Shown piece by piece: positions 35,301 through 48,828 of a stretch of 64,000 bases of DNA. Both the position numbers and the translations under genes were made by a program. The stretch covers positions 62,001 to 126,000 of the forward strand of contig JAPETS010000012.1 in the NCBI GenBank assembly GCA_026023565.1, given 5' to 3'. Every line of letters starts with the position of its first letter. The first letter of the stretch is position 1. Source of the DNA: Cirrosporium novae-zelandiae (lineage: Eukaryota). The notes under the pieces are model-generated. The model made no database searches. It was not told the DNA's origin and saw only the letters and a program-made list of their open reading frames with translations.

Positions 35301-38300
35301 AAGGAATATTTTCACACACCTTGTGTCCAAAGTGCGGTGGCAGGAAAATAGACACAACGGTTTATGCAGGGGATATATATTGAAATACTTAGTCAACAGG
35401 TGGTGTTATGTCGCCGAATGACGTGGATGGTGTGGGCGGGTCGAAGGGAATAAGTTCCTTCGTTCGTTAAGGATACGTTTGTGAGAGAGAAATGCGTTTA
35501 AATACTTCATTTTACAACAATGGCAAAGAAAATCACTTCACTCGAAGCTTCTTCAAGAAGTGCCAAACGATTACCAATACCGAAAGCAGACTCGAAAACA
35601 GACATTCCTTCATCCAAGGATACCTGGAATAGAAAATGGCACTCAAACGGATTTTTTCACTCAATTGTGTAGGTGGATAGAAGGCGAAGTGTTCATTGAT
35701 TTATGCGAAAGGAATATATTTATACCCCTGGTATATAAAATACTGTGGAAGAAAAAAAGAGGGAACGGTTTATGAAGAGGATATATATTCAGATACCTAA
35801 TCGACAGGTAGTGTGATCTCATGGAATGCCGTGAATGGAATGAATGTCGTGGGTGAACAGAAGGCAGGGCGGTTCCTTTCCATGAGATGAGTATATTTAC
35901 ATACCTAGTCGGCAGGTGGTATATATATAATTTCACAGAATTACACGGGTAGGTAGAAGGGCATAGGTTCGTTCGTTCGTGAAGGATATATCCGTGAGAG
36001 ATGGATATGTCCAAATAACCTCATTTTACGATGATGGCAAGAAAAGTCATTTTCCAAATTTCAAGAAAATATCAGAAAGCTATGGGTACCATAGTCATGG
36101 ACAGATATTCTCTCATCGAGAACCGAAGACGCCCCATAACGAATGATGGGAATTAGCGGTGGTGGTGTGTGGTATATATAATTCTACTGTTTACATACCT
36201 TGGTTTTCTACCAAATATAAATACTGGAGACAGCTATTGTCTTTTATTAAGGATCGAAGATACTGGAGACAGCAAAACGGAAATTGGCGGATGATATAAT
36301 TTCTACAGAGCGACACAGGTGGACCAAAGGCAACATGATTCATTTGTTCGTTCGTGAGAGGTGGGTATGCTTACGTACCTGGTTGGCAGGTGGTTGATAT
36401 AATTACACAGAATGACATGGATGGGCAGAGGGGAACTGATTCGTTTGCTCGTTCCTTCGTTCATTTATACAAAAGGAATATATTCACACACCTCGTGTAT
36501 AAAATACCGTCGAAGCAGAAAAAGGACAAAGACTCATGCCAAAAAAAGATATTGAAATATCCGGTTTACGGAAATTGGCTGTGGTGATGGTAGATAGCGT
36601 GGTGGGTGCAATTCCACTGAATGGAGCGAATGTCACACATGGGCTGAAGGGGACTGATTCGTTTGTTCCTTCGTTCGTGTGAAGGGTATATTTATATATC
36701 TGATCTTCTGATAACCACGGCAAGGGCGACTCAAATCTCCGCTTTGAAGAAGTACCAAAACCCTCCAAATTCTAGAGACAGATAGCTTATTCTCTCATCG
36801 ATAGTCGAAGATGCCCACAACGAAAGATGGAAATTGAATAGGTGATTGTGGTTGGTATATATAATTCCACAAACTGTTGTGGGTGGATTAGAAGAGGATA
36901 GGTTCATTTGTGAAATGGGTATTATGTTCAAATACTTAGTCTTACAACGACGACAACGTCACTCAAAGCTCGCTTTAAAGAGTGCGAGAACCCTACGAAT
37001 ATCGGAGACAGACAGCCATCCTATCGTTCAAAGATATAAAGAATAAAAGTCAGCAATCAACAAATATTATATTTTCACGGAATAGTACATGGGCCGAAGA
37101 GGGCTGATTTGTTCCTTCGTCCTTTTTTTTATTCGTTCGTTTATGAGGGACGGCTCTGTTTAAATACCTGGTTTACGGAATACCCATGGAAAAACCAGAC
37201 AAAAAAAGGACTAAGATTTATACCAGAAAAAGATATTTATATACCCGGTTTGAATTACAGAACTTAACAGGCAGGTGGTCTGTATATATAATTCTACAGA
37301 GTGGAGCGATTGACACAGATAGGTCGAAGGGGATATGATTAAACACCTGGTTTAGTTTATAGAATTTGACAGACAGATAATGTAGTGGATACAATTCCGC
37401 TGAATAGGGAATAGAGCGAATACCACGGGCCGGCCGAATACTACCCATGGGCCGAATATCATGGTGGGACCGAAGGGGACTGGTTCGTTCGCTCGTTTGC
37501 GTGGAGGAATAATGACGACGGCAAGGCGATTCCAAATCTCCACTTTCAAGGAGTGTCAAAACCATACAAATTCTGGATACAGACAGACAGACAGCCATTC
37601 TTTCGCCGAAAGATCGAGGAATACCCCCACAATGGAAAATCAAAATTGGACAGGTGATATGGTATATATAATTCCACAAAATAGCATAGGTGGATTAGAA
37701 GGGGGGATAAGATTCTTGAATAGCGGGATATATATATCTACACACCGGGCTTACGGAATTTCGGGAGAACCGCTTATGAAAGAAGGGGATCTTATTCAAA
37801 TACGTTCGTTCGTGAGCGAAAGAAAGGACATATATTCAAATATCCTCATTTTAAAACAATGACAAGGAAAGGTTCACTCACTCACCTTACTGACTTTCGT
37901 TTCAAAAATACGAAGAGCCTACGAATGCCAACACAAAGTCGAAAACCGATTCAGAAACAAAATATTCTTTTCGTTCAAAGATACCGAAAGCGGAAGTTGA
38001 CAGTCTGCAAATAATATCATTCTACAGAATGGCACGGGTGGATCGAAGGCAAAGCAGTTCATCCATTCATACGAAAAGGATATGCCAATATCTCAGTCGA
38101 CGGGTGATTTATATAATTTCATAGAATGACACAGATGGACAGAGGGGGACCGATTCGTTCGTTCTTTCGTCCGTTTCTTCATTCGTTCCTTTATTCGTTC
38201 GTTCATTTATTCATTCATTTCTGCCAAAGGAATATACCTGAATACTTGATCGATAGATGGTTTATATAATTCCCCAGAATAACACGCCTGGGCCGAGGGG

Positions 38301-39580
38301 GACAGATTCGTTCGTTTTTTTGTTCATTCGTTCATATAAAAAGAATTCTACACACATACCTTATATACAAAAAGCCCGTGGAAGCAGAAAAAGGGGACAA
38401 CGATTCATGCCAGGGCAGGTATATTGAAATATCCAGTTAACCGAATTTGGCTGTGGTGATGGTGTGGTGGGTGCAATTCCACTGAATGGGGTGAAGGACA
38501 TGAAGAGTGTGAAAGATGTGAATTGTATGGGAGGACCGAATACCATGAATGGACCGAAGAGGACTGATTCGTTCGTTCTGTCGTTCATTTATGAGGAGCG
38601 GTTTTGTGGAAGCACCTTGTGGATGAAATGCGGTGGGGGCAGAAAACGGGCAAAAAAAGGACAAAGATTCATTCCAAGAAGAGATATGCTTATATACTTG
38701 ATTGGCAGACGACAAGTGGTTTGGTACACACTGGCCTTATAGAGTGGATCAAATGCCACGCGTGGACCAAATAAAACGTGGGTGGACAGAAGTCAAAGCA
38801 GTTCATCCATTCATTCATTCATTCATTCCTACAAAAGGAATATGTTCAAATACCCAACTTAGCAAGGGTTATTTACATGACTCCCCAAAACACCATGAAA
38901 GATCGAAGACAAAAAAGACAAAGCGCTCTATCCATTCTTTCCTTCTTCTTCCTTTCCTATCCAAGTTTCTACCTCCCCTCCCTTTCCTCCCCCTCTCCGA
39001 TTTTCTCATCTCCCCTTGCTTTATATATACTCAATTCTAAATAATTCTATTCTATATATAATAAGGAGGAAGGTGTGGGGAGAGAGAGGGATGGTATTTG
39101 GAATGTGGAATTTAGGGTATGGAGTGTGGAGTATATGGAGTGAATGGAATGAATGACATGGGATGGGCCGAATGGTGCGAGTGTGGACCGAATGCCGTGG
39201 TTTCATCAAAGGCAAAAAATATTCGTGGAAAGGAAGAAAGAAAGAAAGAAAGAAAGATATGTTTAAAACATCTGGTGTGGATTACAGAACTTGACAGGAA
39301 GATAATGTAGTGGATACGATACACAGTTCCACTGAATCTACGGGAAGCTAGAATGACACGGATGAATCGCAGACAAAAAAACGCTCTATCAATCCATCTA
39401 TTCTTTCTATTCCTTCCTTTCCTATCCAAGTTTCTACCTTTTTCCCTTTCTCTCCCTACACTCTTCTATCCATTCCCTCTTCCCTCTTTCCTATTCAGGT
39501 GTTTCTACTTTCTTTCCTCCCTCCCCTGATTTTCTCATCCTTATTTATTTATATATTTAATCCGACCAATTCTACAATTC
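32380..39580. repeat. Degenerate tandem repeat array (irregular ~100-300 bp units, all in one orientation) with a recurrent hairpin motif
   Basis: Recurring blocks TTC(C/T)AC(G/A)GAAT(G/A).CGTGG, CTACGAATACCGGA, GATTCCTACAAC, GGAAATTGG, AAATACCT and TTCGTTCGT; about 25-30 copies of the core by eye. Confidence 0.85.
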
Positions 39581-40329
39581 TAAAGGATAGTTAGTCTATC
39601 TAGTAAAGAGTAAGGAGTAAGGAGTGCTGAGACTCTCTGAGGAGGGATGGGATGTAATGGGGATGTGGAATTTGGGAGAGGAAGAGGGGGGGTAGTGGGA
39701 GAGGAGGGGGTGGTGATGAGGAGGGAAAGAAAGGAAGGGGATAGCATGATGAGGATGGAGTGTGGGCAAGGGAAGGAGGAAAGAAGGAAGAGGGATAGAT
39801 AATAGTAGTAGTAATGGGAGAGGAGGGGAGATACAAGTTAGATATAATAATAATAATAGTAATAATAGTAATGAATTAATAAAAGAAAGAGGATAGGAGC
39901 CTTATCAGGTTTCCTTTGCCCTAATTAATTAGGTATTTTTAGTAGCCCTATATTGTGCCAAACCTTCTACCAAGACCTCTACTGAGCCTTCCTCCTAACA
40001 AGGCTCAACAAAACAAGCAAGTATCCATCCACTCTCTTCTCATATAGATATTGTATAGGAAATGCACCTGAATGAATTATTCTATCTATCTAGCAATTCT
40101 ACTTTTGTGCTGAAGAAGAGGGGGTGGTATAATCTATACGGAGATTAGGGGGTTTATACCCTAACACCACCACTACTACTACTGCCATTGACACTACCCA
40201 CCTTATTAGTTGTTTGGTTGGGGTGATGGTATAGATATGAGTCGTGTACTGTGGCCAGGAGTAAGTGATAGGGCAAACGGCCAACCAGCCGGCCAGCGGG
40301 TCTTGGGGGAAATGATGTGTCGTAGGTCT

Positions 40330-40925
40330 ATCCGTTTATATGATTCATCACGTAACTAGAAGGGACCAACACCTCCCCCAACACCTCTCCCCCTTGGGCG
40401 TGCCTACTCGGTCCATACCTGGCTAACTTCGTAAGAAATAACCCTATTTTAATCGATATAAAACGCATTTTCTCAATTTCTAGTTCGATTATTCCCCCGT
40501 TTGCTGCATTCCCAGCAGTTTTCTGACATTCCCTTATATTCGACTCGCCCTAGGGGCTTTACTGTAGTCATCCCATCTGCTGCCATTTCGTTCGTCCAAA
40601 CGGAATTCAAGCTTGATACTCTCTTATCCTTAACCTTTTCCCTAGTATAATGATATTGAATATCGATGTGTTTCGCACGTACGTTGATATGCTTCAGGGT
40701 TTAAAGCGAGCTTTATTGCCGCTTGATTGCCACATTTGATGACTGTGGGGGGTAAGGTGCACGGTTGAGAGTCAGGGGTCCAGGAAATGGACACTTCCTC
40801 TAGAAAATACTGTAGCTAGACCGTCTCTTTGGTCGTATTGCACTCCCCGATGTACTCGGCTTCGCAAGAGCTCGTTGCCACCGTTGCTTGCCTTTTAGAC
40901 GACTATGTGACAGCTCCCCCGGGCT
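40330..40925 (-). mobile_element. Ty1/Copia LTR retrotransposon relic: RNase H domain, polypurine tract and start of the 3' LTR
   Basis: Minus-strand translation GAVT*SSKRQATVATSSCEAEYIG..TKETV*L...NQAAIKLALNPE..R/AKHIDIQYHYTREKV...EMAADGMT.KPLG (~40921-40545) with stops and frameshifts; then GGGGGAGG-TGTTGG at ~40379-40366. Confidence 0.88.
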
Positions 40926-42849
40926 CATGACTTGTTGGAGGTTTCAACTTGTTGATTATTTATACGGTTCATCACCAATATCCCCCAACATTTCTCCCTC
41001 TTACTTGTCATCCATCCGTTTATGTCAAAAACTAACTTCGTTGATATAGTTTCACGTAGTCTGGAAGGCTCGACTATATTACAGATGAAGAAGTCACTTC
41101 CATTATCTTTTTCTTGGTCTCGGTGAGCGATACATGAAACAAGTGCCGTGGCGGTCGTCGTACTTGAGAATTTTGAGCTGGAAATTCTGTCTACGGCATA
41201 GCAACCTCTGGTTCCTCGACGTTCCGATTTGGGGGATCTATCTGCATATTATCGTCTGGATTTTTAAAACTCGTATTTGTAACTAGATGAGAAATTTGTT
41301 GGCGTTGAAGTCATGAGTAGCAGGAGGGGTGCAATCATGGGCCGACGATGCAGATTTAGAGAGAAAGCGAGAGGGGAGGAGGGGGCGTCGCTCGGAAGTC
41401 CTACATGGATGTTCCGGTGTTTGCTTATAGCTGAGAGAAGTTGTAGATGAGTGGAATGGTAAGGAATTTGAACGAGAGAAATTTTGTTTAGGGGAACGAA
41501 ACCGAGGTAGAGAGTTTTGTGCTACCTTGATCGTTTCTTCTGATAGGTTCAAAATATATAGTATTGGTTTCTTGGTAAAATATTTGTATATATCTCGATG
41601 AAGTTACGAGGTGGATTGTTGTGATAATGTATAATGAAAAGTTTGACTGATCTTTTTTGCTACTTTAAGCTGGTACTTGAAAGTGTTTTGCCTTGCTGTC
41701 TTTCTTAACTCTTCTACTCTTGCTATTCTGGTCCAGTATATAGCTTCCTCGATCATAGCCCCTGTTTGAATCCATCATTAGATTGCTTTCTTCATTGCTT
41801 CGCCCTTCAGTTCTCTCTCGAGGGTTTTCGGTCTCACATGGTTGGGTACATGGCCAAACAACGCGATCGGACTGACTCCATCTCTTGGATATCTAGGAGA
41901 ATTTTCGCAAAGTAGCATGTCTTCCTGAGTCCGTGTATGTAAATCGGGATATTGTAGCAAAGATTGTGCTCCAGTTGCATTGCAATACCTCTAGTTGTTT
42001 CTCATCGTCGACTCGACTGTTAGAAGGATTTCTTAATGCATGAGACCTCATGGAAGTGGTTAGTTGGCTAGTATAGAGTGGTGTTTCTATTGCAGGCTTT
42101 TTGAGATATAATATAAGCGATTGCAATGCCCTTGCTTAATGATTCTAATAGTGTCGAAAGATCTAGTTAATTACTCATCGCGAGCCTCATCAAGTGGGAT
42201 TCCGGCCAACCTTTACCAAGCCTCATATAGTAGTGTCGAAAGACCTACTTGTTTCCCCCTGCGATATATTTCCCGGAGATGGATATATTTAACCAAGAAA
42301 GAACCACTGTTTACTTGGAATCAAGTATCTCCCGCATCAGAGCTGGCTCCTAGACCCGTGCAGCATGTACGAATAGCAAATTTCGAAAAGAGCCTTCGTT
42401 GGACCGTCAATTTCTTTCTCATGTGCATTTTGGGATGAGATGCTGAGGGACTCAGTCGTTTGCAAGAATCTCTGAGAAGTGGTAATTTGTTACGATTCTG
42501 TTGTCTCTCCCAGGAACACGCCATTGGCCAACTACCAGGCATGTGTTGTCTTTCGGATCTGCCCTTTTTTGTCTGTCGGGCTCTCAGATGCCGAAAACAT
42601 CTATATACATGGTAGACCTCTAAATAGGGTTATATAGAAGAGTCTGATTTTGTTGACTAGGTAGGAATGCAAAAATCCTAAGAATTCTAGCATTCTAGGG
42701 AAGTGAATATTGATCTAGATGGCGTTGGTGGGGAAGGCAGAGAGGTAGTGGGAGTGAAAATTACCTAGCTTCTGCAGAAATGACCTCAGGTCAGATCTAT
42801 AAAAGGGCAAAATTGAGTGGTAAAAACATGTTTTCTGGTGAATCAATGA

Positions 42850-44999
42850 GATTCTAGTAACAGGATATTTCCCTGGTCGTACTCGAGTCATGCCACCACT
42901 CGTTACGAGACCTATGGATAGGGTGTAACTGGTGTGATATTTATAACTGCTCCTCTAAAATCTAAGATGGAGGCCAATGGTAGTTGATAGTGAAGTGAGC
43001 TTCCTCGTGGATGTCTGCAAACCACTAATCGACGATCTCTTGGAGATCGCAGTTGTTTGATCTAGGTCTTGTTCATTGAGCCTAGAAGCATCTAAGAAAT
43101 GATAGATTTCGAAAGAGTCTCTTAATCTCCTTTTTTACCCACTAATGGGTTACGAAATTGGTAGCCCAGGTAATCACTTGACAGGCTGCGTGACCTTCGT
43201 AGCCGCTTTGGTATTGCACTTCAATTAAGGACCGTGCTGCTTAGGGAAATAATCCTTTTTATCAAATTTTCAATATGTCAAGAAAAGTAGATTTCTTGCT
43301 TATGTTTTGATGACTTCACAATTGTCTCTGGAAGGTTCCCCGAAGTTTTGGTTCGTGGTTAGGGTGGAGATAAAGATGAAGCCCGAAGGACACCAAGTAA
43401 TAGATGGAGGATATGGATACAACCGTGCAAGAAAGACAATTAATGATGCCCGGCCGGGGTGAGGCATCAAAGGATCCTCGGTGATCAGTTGCCAAAGAAT
43501 ACTGAGCCCATAGTCTTTGCGGTCACTCAACTCTCCAAGCGCAGTTGCGATCAAAGTTTCCATAGATCGTTCGAATTGTCTTGCCGGACGGGCATCCATC
43601 ACGATTATCTGAAGCTTGCGGAACTTTCTGGCATCCCTGACCCCTTCTACAGATACACCATCGCCCCCAAGCGCATCGGCATGGGTAATAGGCCCACTGG
43701 GACCTCCCGCTAAGGTTCTCAGCCCGAGATTCTGAGGTTTCAAAGTTTGCTATTCATCAACCATGATTGTCTCGAGCTGGGCTTCGCCCAAGATAGTCAT
43801 TTCACTGTGATCATGGCCAAGGAAATGCAGTTTCAGTATATATATTGGTGAGTAGATTTGAATTTATATATAATAAACACCGCAGCATCATAAGGAAAGC
43901 TAATGTCCCTGTTACGTCTCCTAGGATAATGCTTATTATCTAGAGGTAACTTGGTGTGATATGTATTGGTTGAGGTTCTAAGCTAAGGTAGAAAGCCCAC
44001 CTTATAAGATGGGCTTAGGGTACATGCCTTAGTAATCTAACAGACTCCGTTGTGTTCAGCGTCGTTAATTCGAATATTTTCTTTGGAGGCCAATTGCAGG
44101 ATTCCAGGTGAGAATGGATGTTGCAATAACAAAAGTTTCGCGGTGAGGTTTATTTTATTGAAGGGCAGATTTTAGCTGCTTGCATTTTTACCCATTTTGG
44201 CGCACTTTGCAAAGGCTCCACAACACAGCAATTAGTTAATACCCCGTAGTGTATTTTGCCGCCAACGGTCAATTTAACACAACAAGCTAGAGTACCCGAG
44301 CTTGCTCTGCCTTCAATCCCAAAGCTGGATCCCATAGTAGGTATACGAGATAGCTCGAGGGATCGATCCAACCTGGAGATTGTATCCAAATCGTTACCTG
44401 CGGGAGAAATATGTCCTGGTAGAAATTCCACTCCTATAGCCAAATCTTGCGGTAGGTGTGGTTTGATGATTTTATCAAGGTCCTTGCATGAGCTAACGTT
44501 GGGCCTGCTCATTGACCTCCGATTCTAGCAAACATTTTCGGCGTATGCCTTTCCCACGGGCTTGCTCTTTCGACAGCTGGACTTTCGATGATAATTGGAC
44601 CGGTTGTGAATTAGAAAAGAGTTATATAGTATTGATGATGTTGTTTGTAAGTATATAAAAGTGACATTGAGAAACTCGGTGATTATTGAGGGGTATACTG
44701 ATGAGAGTAGCCCAAAGGGCTAATGGAGCTACTGGATAGGCTTTTCTAGGGAGGCTCTTGACCATCGTAGGTGTTCAACTCGATCGTTCACGAAGTTTTG
44801 ATAGTTAGTACTCCCGCCGGTACACATTGTCACCGTAATTCCGATATCTAATCTGTGGATGTAGACATTGCAACAGGAGCTCCCCAGCACCTTGCATCGT
44901 ATTCTCGTTATTCCTCATTTCGACGATAAGCTTAATTGCTTTTGCTATTGCTGCAGTTGCCTCTAGCAGCTGCTCTCGGATGGAGTTCAATTCGGCCAT
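42850..44999 (-). pseudogene. Degraded gene resembling fungal trypsin-like (Ssy5/S64-like) peptidase-fold hypothetical proteins
   Basis: Segment PTMGSSFGIEGRASSGTLACCVKLTVGGKIHYGVLTNCCVV resembles the recalled family motif G.SIG.....GTLG..V.L......LTN.HVV with the His lost; upstream ATG ORF at 44999; many stops. The 3' limit is uncertain. Confidence 0.45.
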
Positions 45000-47900
45000 G
45001 GTACAGGTACTCTAGGTTAATGGTCAGTCTACCTAGTCCACCAAACTCGCCATGGGGTGGAGTGTAATATACTTGCCTCAGTGGTGATAAGAAATGTGCT
45101 GGATGAAACGAAAACACTAAAAGATGGCAATGCGTAGAGGGTGGAGGTTGAAAGCCGGTTAAAATGATAATAAAAGTCATCACCTAGTAGGAGTAGGTGG
45201 TGCCCAAGGAATTTTGGAGCAGCGCAAAATCTGAAATCGATATTTCCGCATCTGCCCGGTGGAACTGGAATTGGTAAAAGCTTCGGTGCCATGGCAAATG
45301 CCTGTGGTGACTCTAGAAGTCTGGGAGATTTTGAAATACCATTTTTGAGAAACCTATTGGTTGGTTATTTGTCTTGTCGCACTCATAGATGTTATAGGTA
45401 GGAAATGAATAGTAAAAATCAGAAGGATTGGGTATACCTTGTTGTGGCAACAGGAACGGCACTTCCGTGTGTCTGAGAAATACCAAAGGACGGAGGACCC
45501 TAACAAAGAGTAGAGAACGATCAGTTGCGGTATCAGATTCACGAGGTAAGCTAGGCTTCATTCGAGTACTGAGAATTATATATTATCCAAAGATATTGTG
45601 TATTATATAAAGAAGAAAAAGAAGATGGGAATGAAAGAAGGTAGAGGCTCAGCCAAGTCATCAAGATGTGAGAAGATAGAATGGGTATTGTGGGGAACTG
45701 ATGAAGAAGAAAAAAGATCCGGGAGAGAGAATGAAAGCGCATTATATGCTCCCAAAAGGAGCCTGAAGCTCGGCGAACCCGGTGTAGTCTTCACTCATAT
45801 GACCCAAGTACGCACTCTTAGTACGTATGTCTGCAGATCTATGCGGGAAGGCGGCATGAGTGAAAGTAGGATAAGTGAAGGTGAGATAGACGGCGCGTTC
45901 TAGAAGCATTTCCTAAGTTATGTGGGCCCGCATCACTGTTCAAACATGCAGCAGACTAGGGATGTATGATGTCGTGTTTGCATATATCAGTGAAGTTGGC
46001 GACGGAAATTCAAACAAGATTACGATGCCGGGGGAGGAAACCCAGGATTCATGAGTACGAAAATCACTAGCCAGAGCCATGATCCTCTAGTCGAAGTATA
46101 GGGGCAGGTGAGTATTAACCTCACATGAAAAAAAGCAAGTCCCTTTTCCATCAGTTGAGTCTTACAGTATAACACAGTGAAGTCGTACCAAATATCAGTG
46201 TACAGGCTACTCCCTATAAGGTCGTTTTGCATATGCAGGCTAGAAGGATTCTCCATTTTCACTGACAACCCGTATTAGGTTGGTTCTAGGCTGTCGGCCA
46301 GACCTTGAATGAGTGAACGCCATAGGCAGGGAATTATTTTATAGAAATAGGAAATAAGCAAAAGATACCGCAAATACAACAGCAGCAAAAATTGAAAACT
46401 AGCTTATTGACCCATTGTTTTAATTTCATTATAAGCAGTGGTATTTACGTATTCTACCTTACTGCAGTACCTCTACGCATAAAGAATTCCATCTCTTCAT
46501 TAACGCAACAATAATATCGACCGTGGAGATGCGTATAATATCGCCTTCATCCTTATTTTACGTTCTTCTTTTTATTCGCCTAGGATGATTCGAGCGTTGG
46601 GGTAGGTATAAGGTAGATCGTTTCTACGAATCACGGCTCCTGAATGGATGGATTGATGGGAAGAATTTTCTTGAAGTTGAGAAAGAAATGTATTGAACGA
46701 GTGGTTGGGATTCATATGGTTAAATGTTTGTAGGTGGACCACATCCAACATTGCATATGTATTAGGCCAGGACCATATACTTAGTGGCACCAGTGTTGGT
46801 AATAGGCCAGACCAAGCCTATATAAAGGCCATTATTATTGTAACAACAGTTGTAGGCGTCTTCATTGCTAACCCATTATATCCTATCAAGATGTTATCTT
46901 GACCACATCAGACAGGTCTGGTCTGGTCTCTGAATGACGTTTCTTGCCAGGAGGTATCTCGGCCCTAGACATATACTAGCAAAACATGAACATAGGAGCA
47001 CTTATCAGGTCATATACCACACATTATCCATAACACAGATATCTATTTGCATAAGCATTTGGAGTTATTAACCGTATAATTAATCAATGTTTGGTAAAAA
47101 AACAAACGTCCTGGTTGACGCAAGAAGCCATGGAAACTTCTTGATGTGAAAACAAAATTTCAATCGGCGGCCGGCGGCGAAAATACCGATACTTCAGCCT
47201 TAGGCTACAGGTAGCTCGCTGCCCTACCGCTTATCTCGGGGGTTTCAAACTCCTAACCCAAAACCCTAGAAAGTAGCCCTAAAAATACCTGATATCTAGA
47301 CAAGGACAATAACAAAACCATCCACTCACCATAAAAACCCTTCATTAGAATTTCATAAAAAAAATACATTTGAAGGAAACGGGAAAGCGGCCTTACTTGC
47401 AGCTTCCACAATTCGTATCTCTAGTTCTTCCAGGTATCTGAAGTTTTTGATACCATTCCCATCGCTAACTCCATTAGCATTGAATCGACGAGCTCCGAAA
47501 AATGTACAAAGTATTAAGACAACCAATGATTAGGTTGTGAGCGGCTATCTTCGAGGGAAGCAATTTATTTTCCTAGCGACAGGGTCATCCCCTATTACGG
47601 GACCAGAGTCAGTTGTTGAGTGCAGTGGATTGGAGCGATGCATTTTGATTTATAATTGACCAGATTGATATAATTTCTCAGCAGCATGGTTTCCTGGACA
47701 GATGCTACGTACAAGGAGCAGTGAGCATAGTGTATTCATTCAGTAGTATGAAAGAGAAATTGAGTAATCTCTACTGCCAGGGAACATCCCTGCTTAGATT
47801 TAAACCCCATAACAACTGTAAGAGGCAACTTGAATAATTATAGGCTTTTCGATCATTGTTTGTTCAATGCTATCAATTGTAGTGTTTGTTCTGCCACTGG

Positions 47901-48828
47901 AAAGCGAATATATTAGAAAGGGGGTATGATATAAAAACAATATCTTGGCTAGTGATAGGAGTGCGTTTATTAGATGTTCCTAAGTACAATCCGTAACAAG
48001 AGTATGAAGGAATAATCGTGCAAAGAACATCAAGATTTGAGTAGGTCGTCTCATATCCCCCGTCCTTCCAAAGAACGATCAACCAGTAAATGAATTCGTA
48101 AATGTGTGATTTAGTTTCCTTAGATGCGGTGATTCCCAACCGATAACTCGAATTTGAGGATGTGGATGTTTTAGCGAGTATTGGTGACGCGTAGGGTTCA
48201 GGACTTGTGATAAGAGTGAATTCGAGTGGATTTAAGCGAGGAAACTAAATTGGGAATTATCGTGGGCTTTGCTTGGGGTAAACCTCGCTATTGATAGAAT
48301 GGTGATACAACTGATAAAGCAACCTAGCTATACCACATGGTCAGTGAAGTTGGTTAGTCGAAACAACTTTTGGAGATTTGAGGAGAATTCAAAGGATTTT
48401 AGGAATTCAACCAATTAAAAAATCTCGTATAGAAAGAAATGTGTTGAAGGTATTGGTATGTCGAATAAGGAAATAATTTTGAACATAAATCAAGACACAG
48501 AGAATAGCTCGGGAAAGGTAGAGAGAAAAGAGAGTAAAAGGGACCAAGTTGGTTGAATGATATTATTAAGATCTCGTCAGACCTAGCGGTAAGAATATCC
48601 GAAGCAGTAAACATGATACATAATCCAAAAGATAGACGATACACAAATTAAGGCCATAAACCTGGACATGAAGAATCAGACAACCCACTAGTTATACAAC
48701 ATGCATAATTGCAGAAGAAGGGGTATCGTGAAATCATCGTCGTCCCCATGAAAAAAATGCGCCAGGCGCCACTGCTGATCATAACATATCCTTACTAATC
48801 ACAATATATCCAAGGTATGAATACATTA

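Noticed and set aside
32995..39430. Many 60-150 aa ORFs in the repeat array
   Set aside because: Frames are not conserved between repeat units, there are no domains, and overlapping ORFs on both strands look like chance.
32380..39580. Hairpin repeats as a CRISPR-like array
   Set aside because: Eukaryotic context, no cas genes, repeats highly degenerate, spacing irregular, and the intervening sequences are themselves homologous rather than unique spacers.
40950..42600. Reverse transcriptase/integrase of the Copia element upstream of RNase H
   Set aside because: Looks like decayed coding DNA, but no YVDD or integrase motifs were readable, so it was not included in the element.
47250..47285. 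Telomere-like CTAACCC/AACCCTA stretch (also CTAACCCCC repeats at ~58547-58590)
   Set aside because: Only 2-3 degenerate copies; not an interstitial telomere array.
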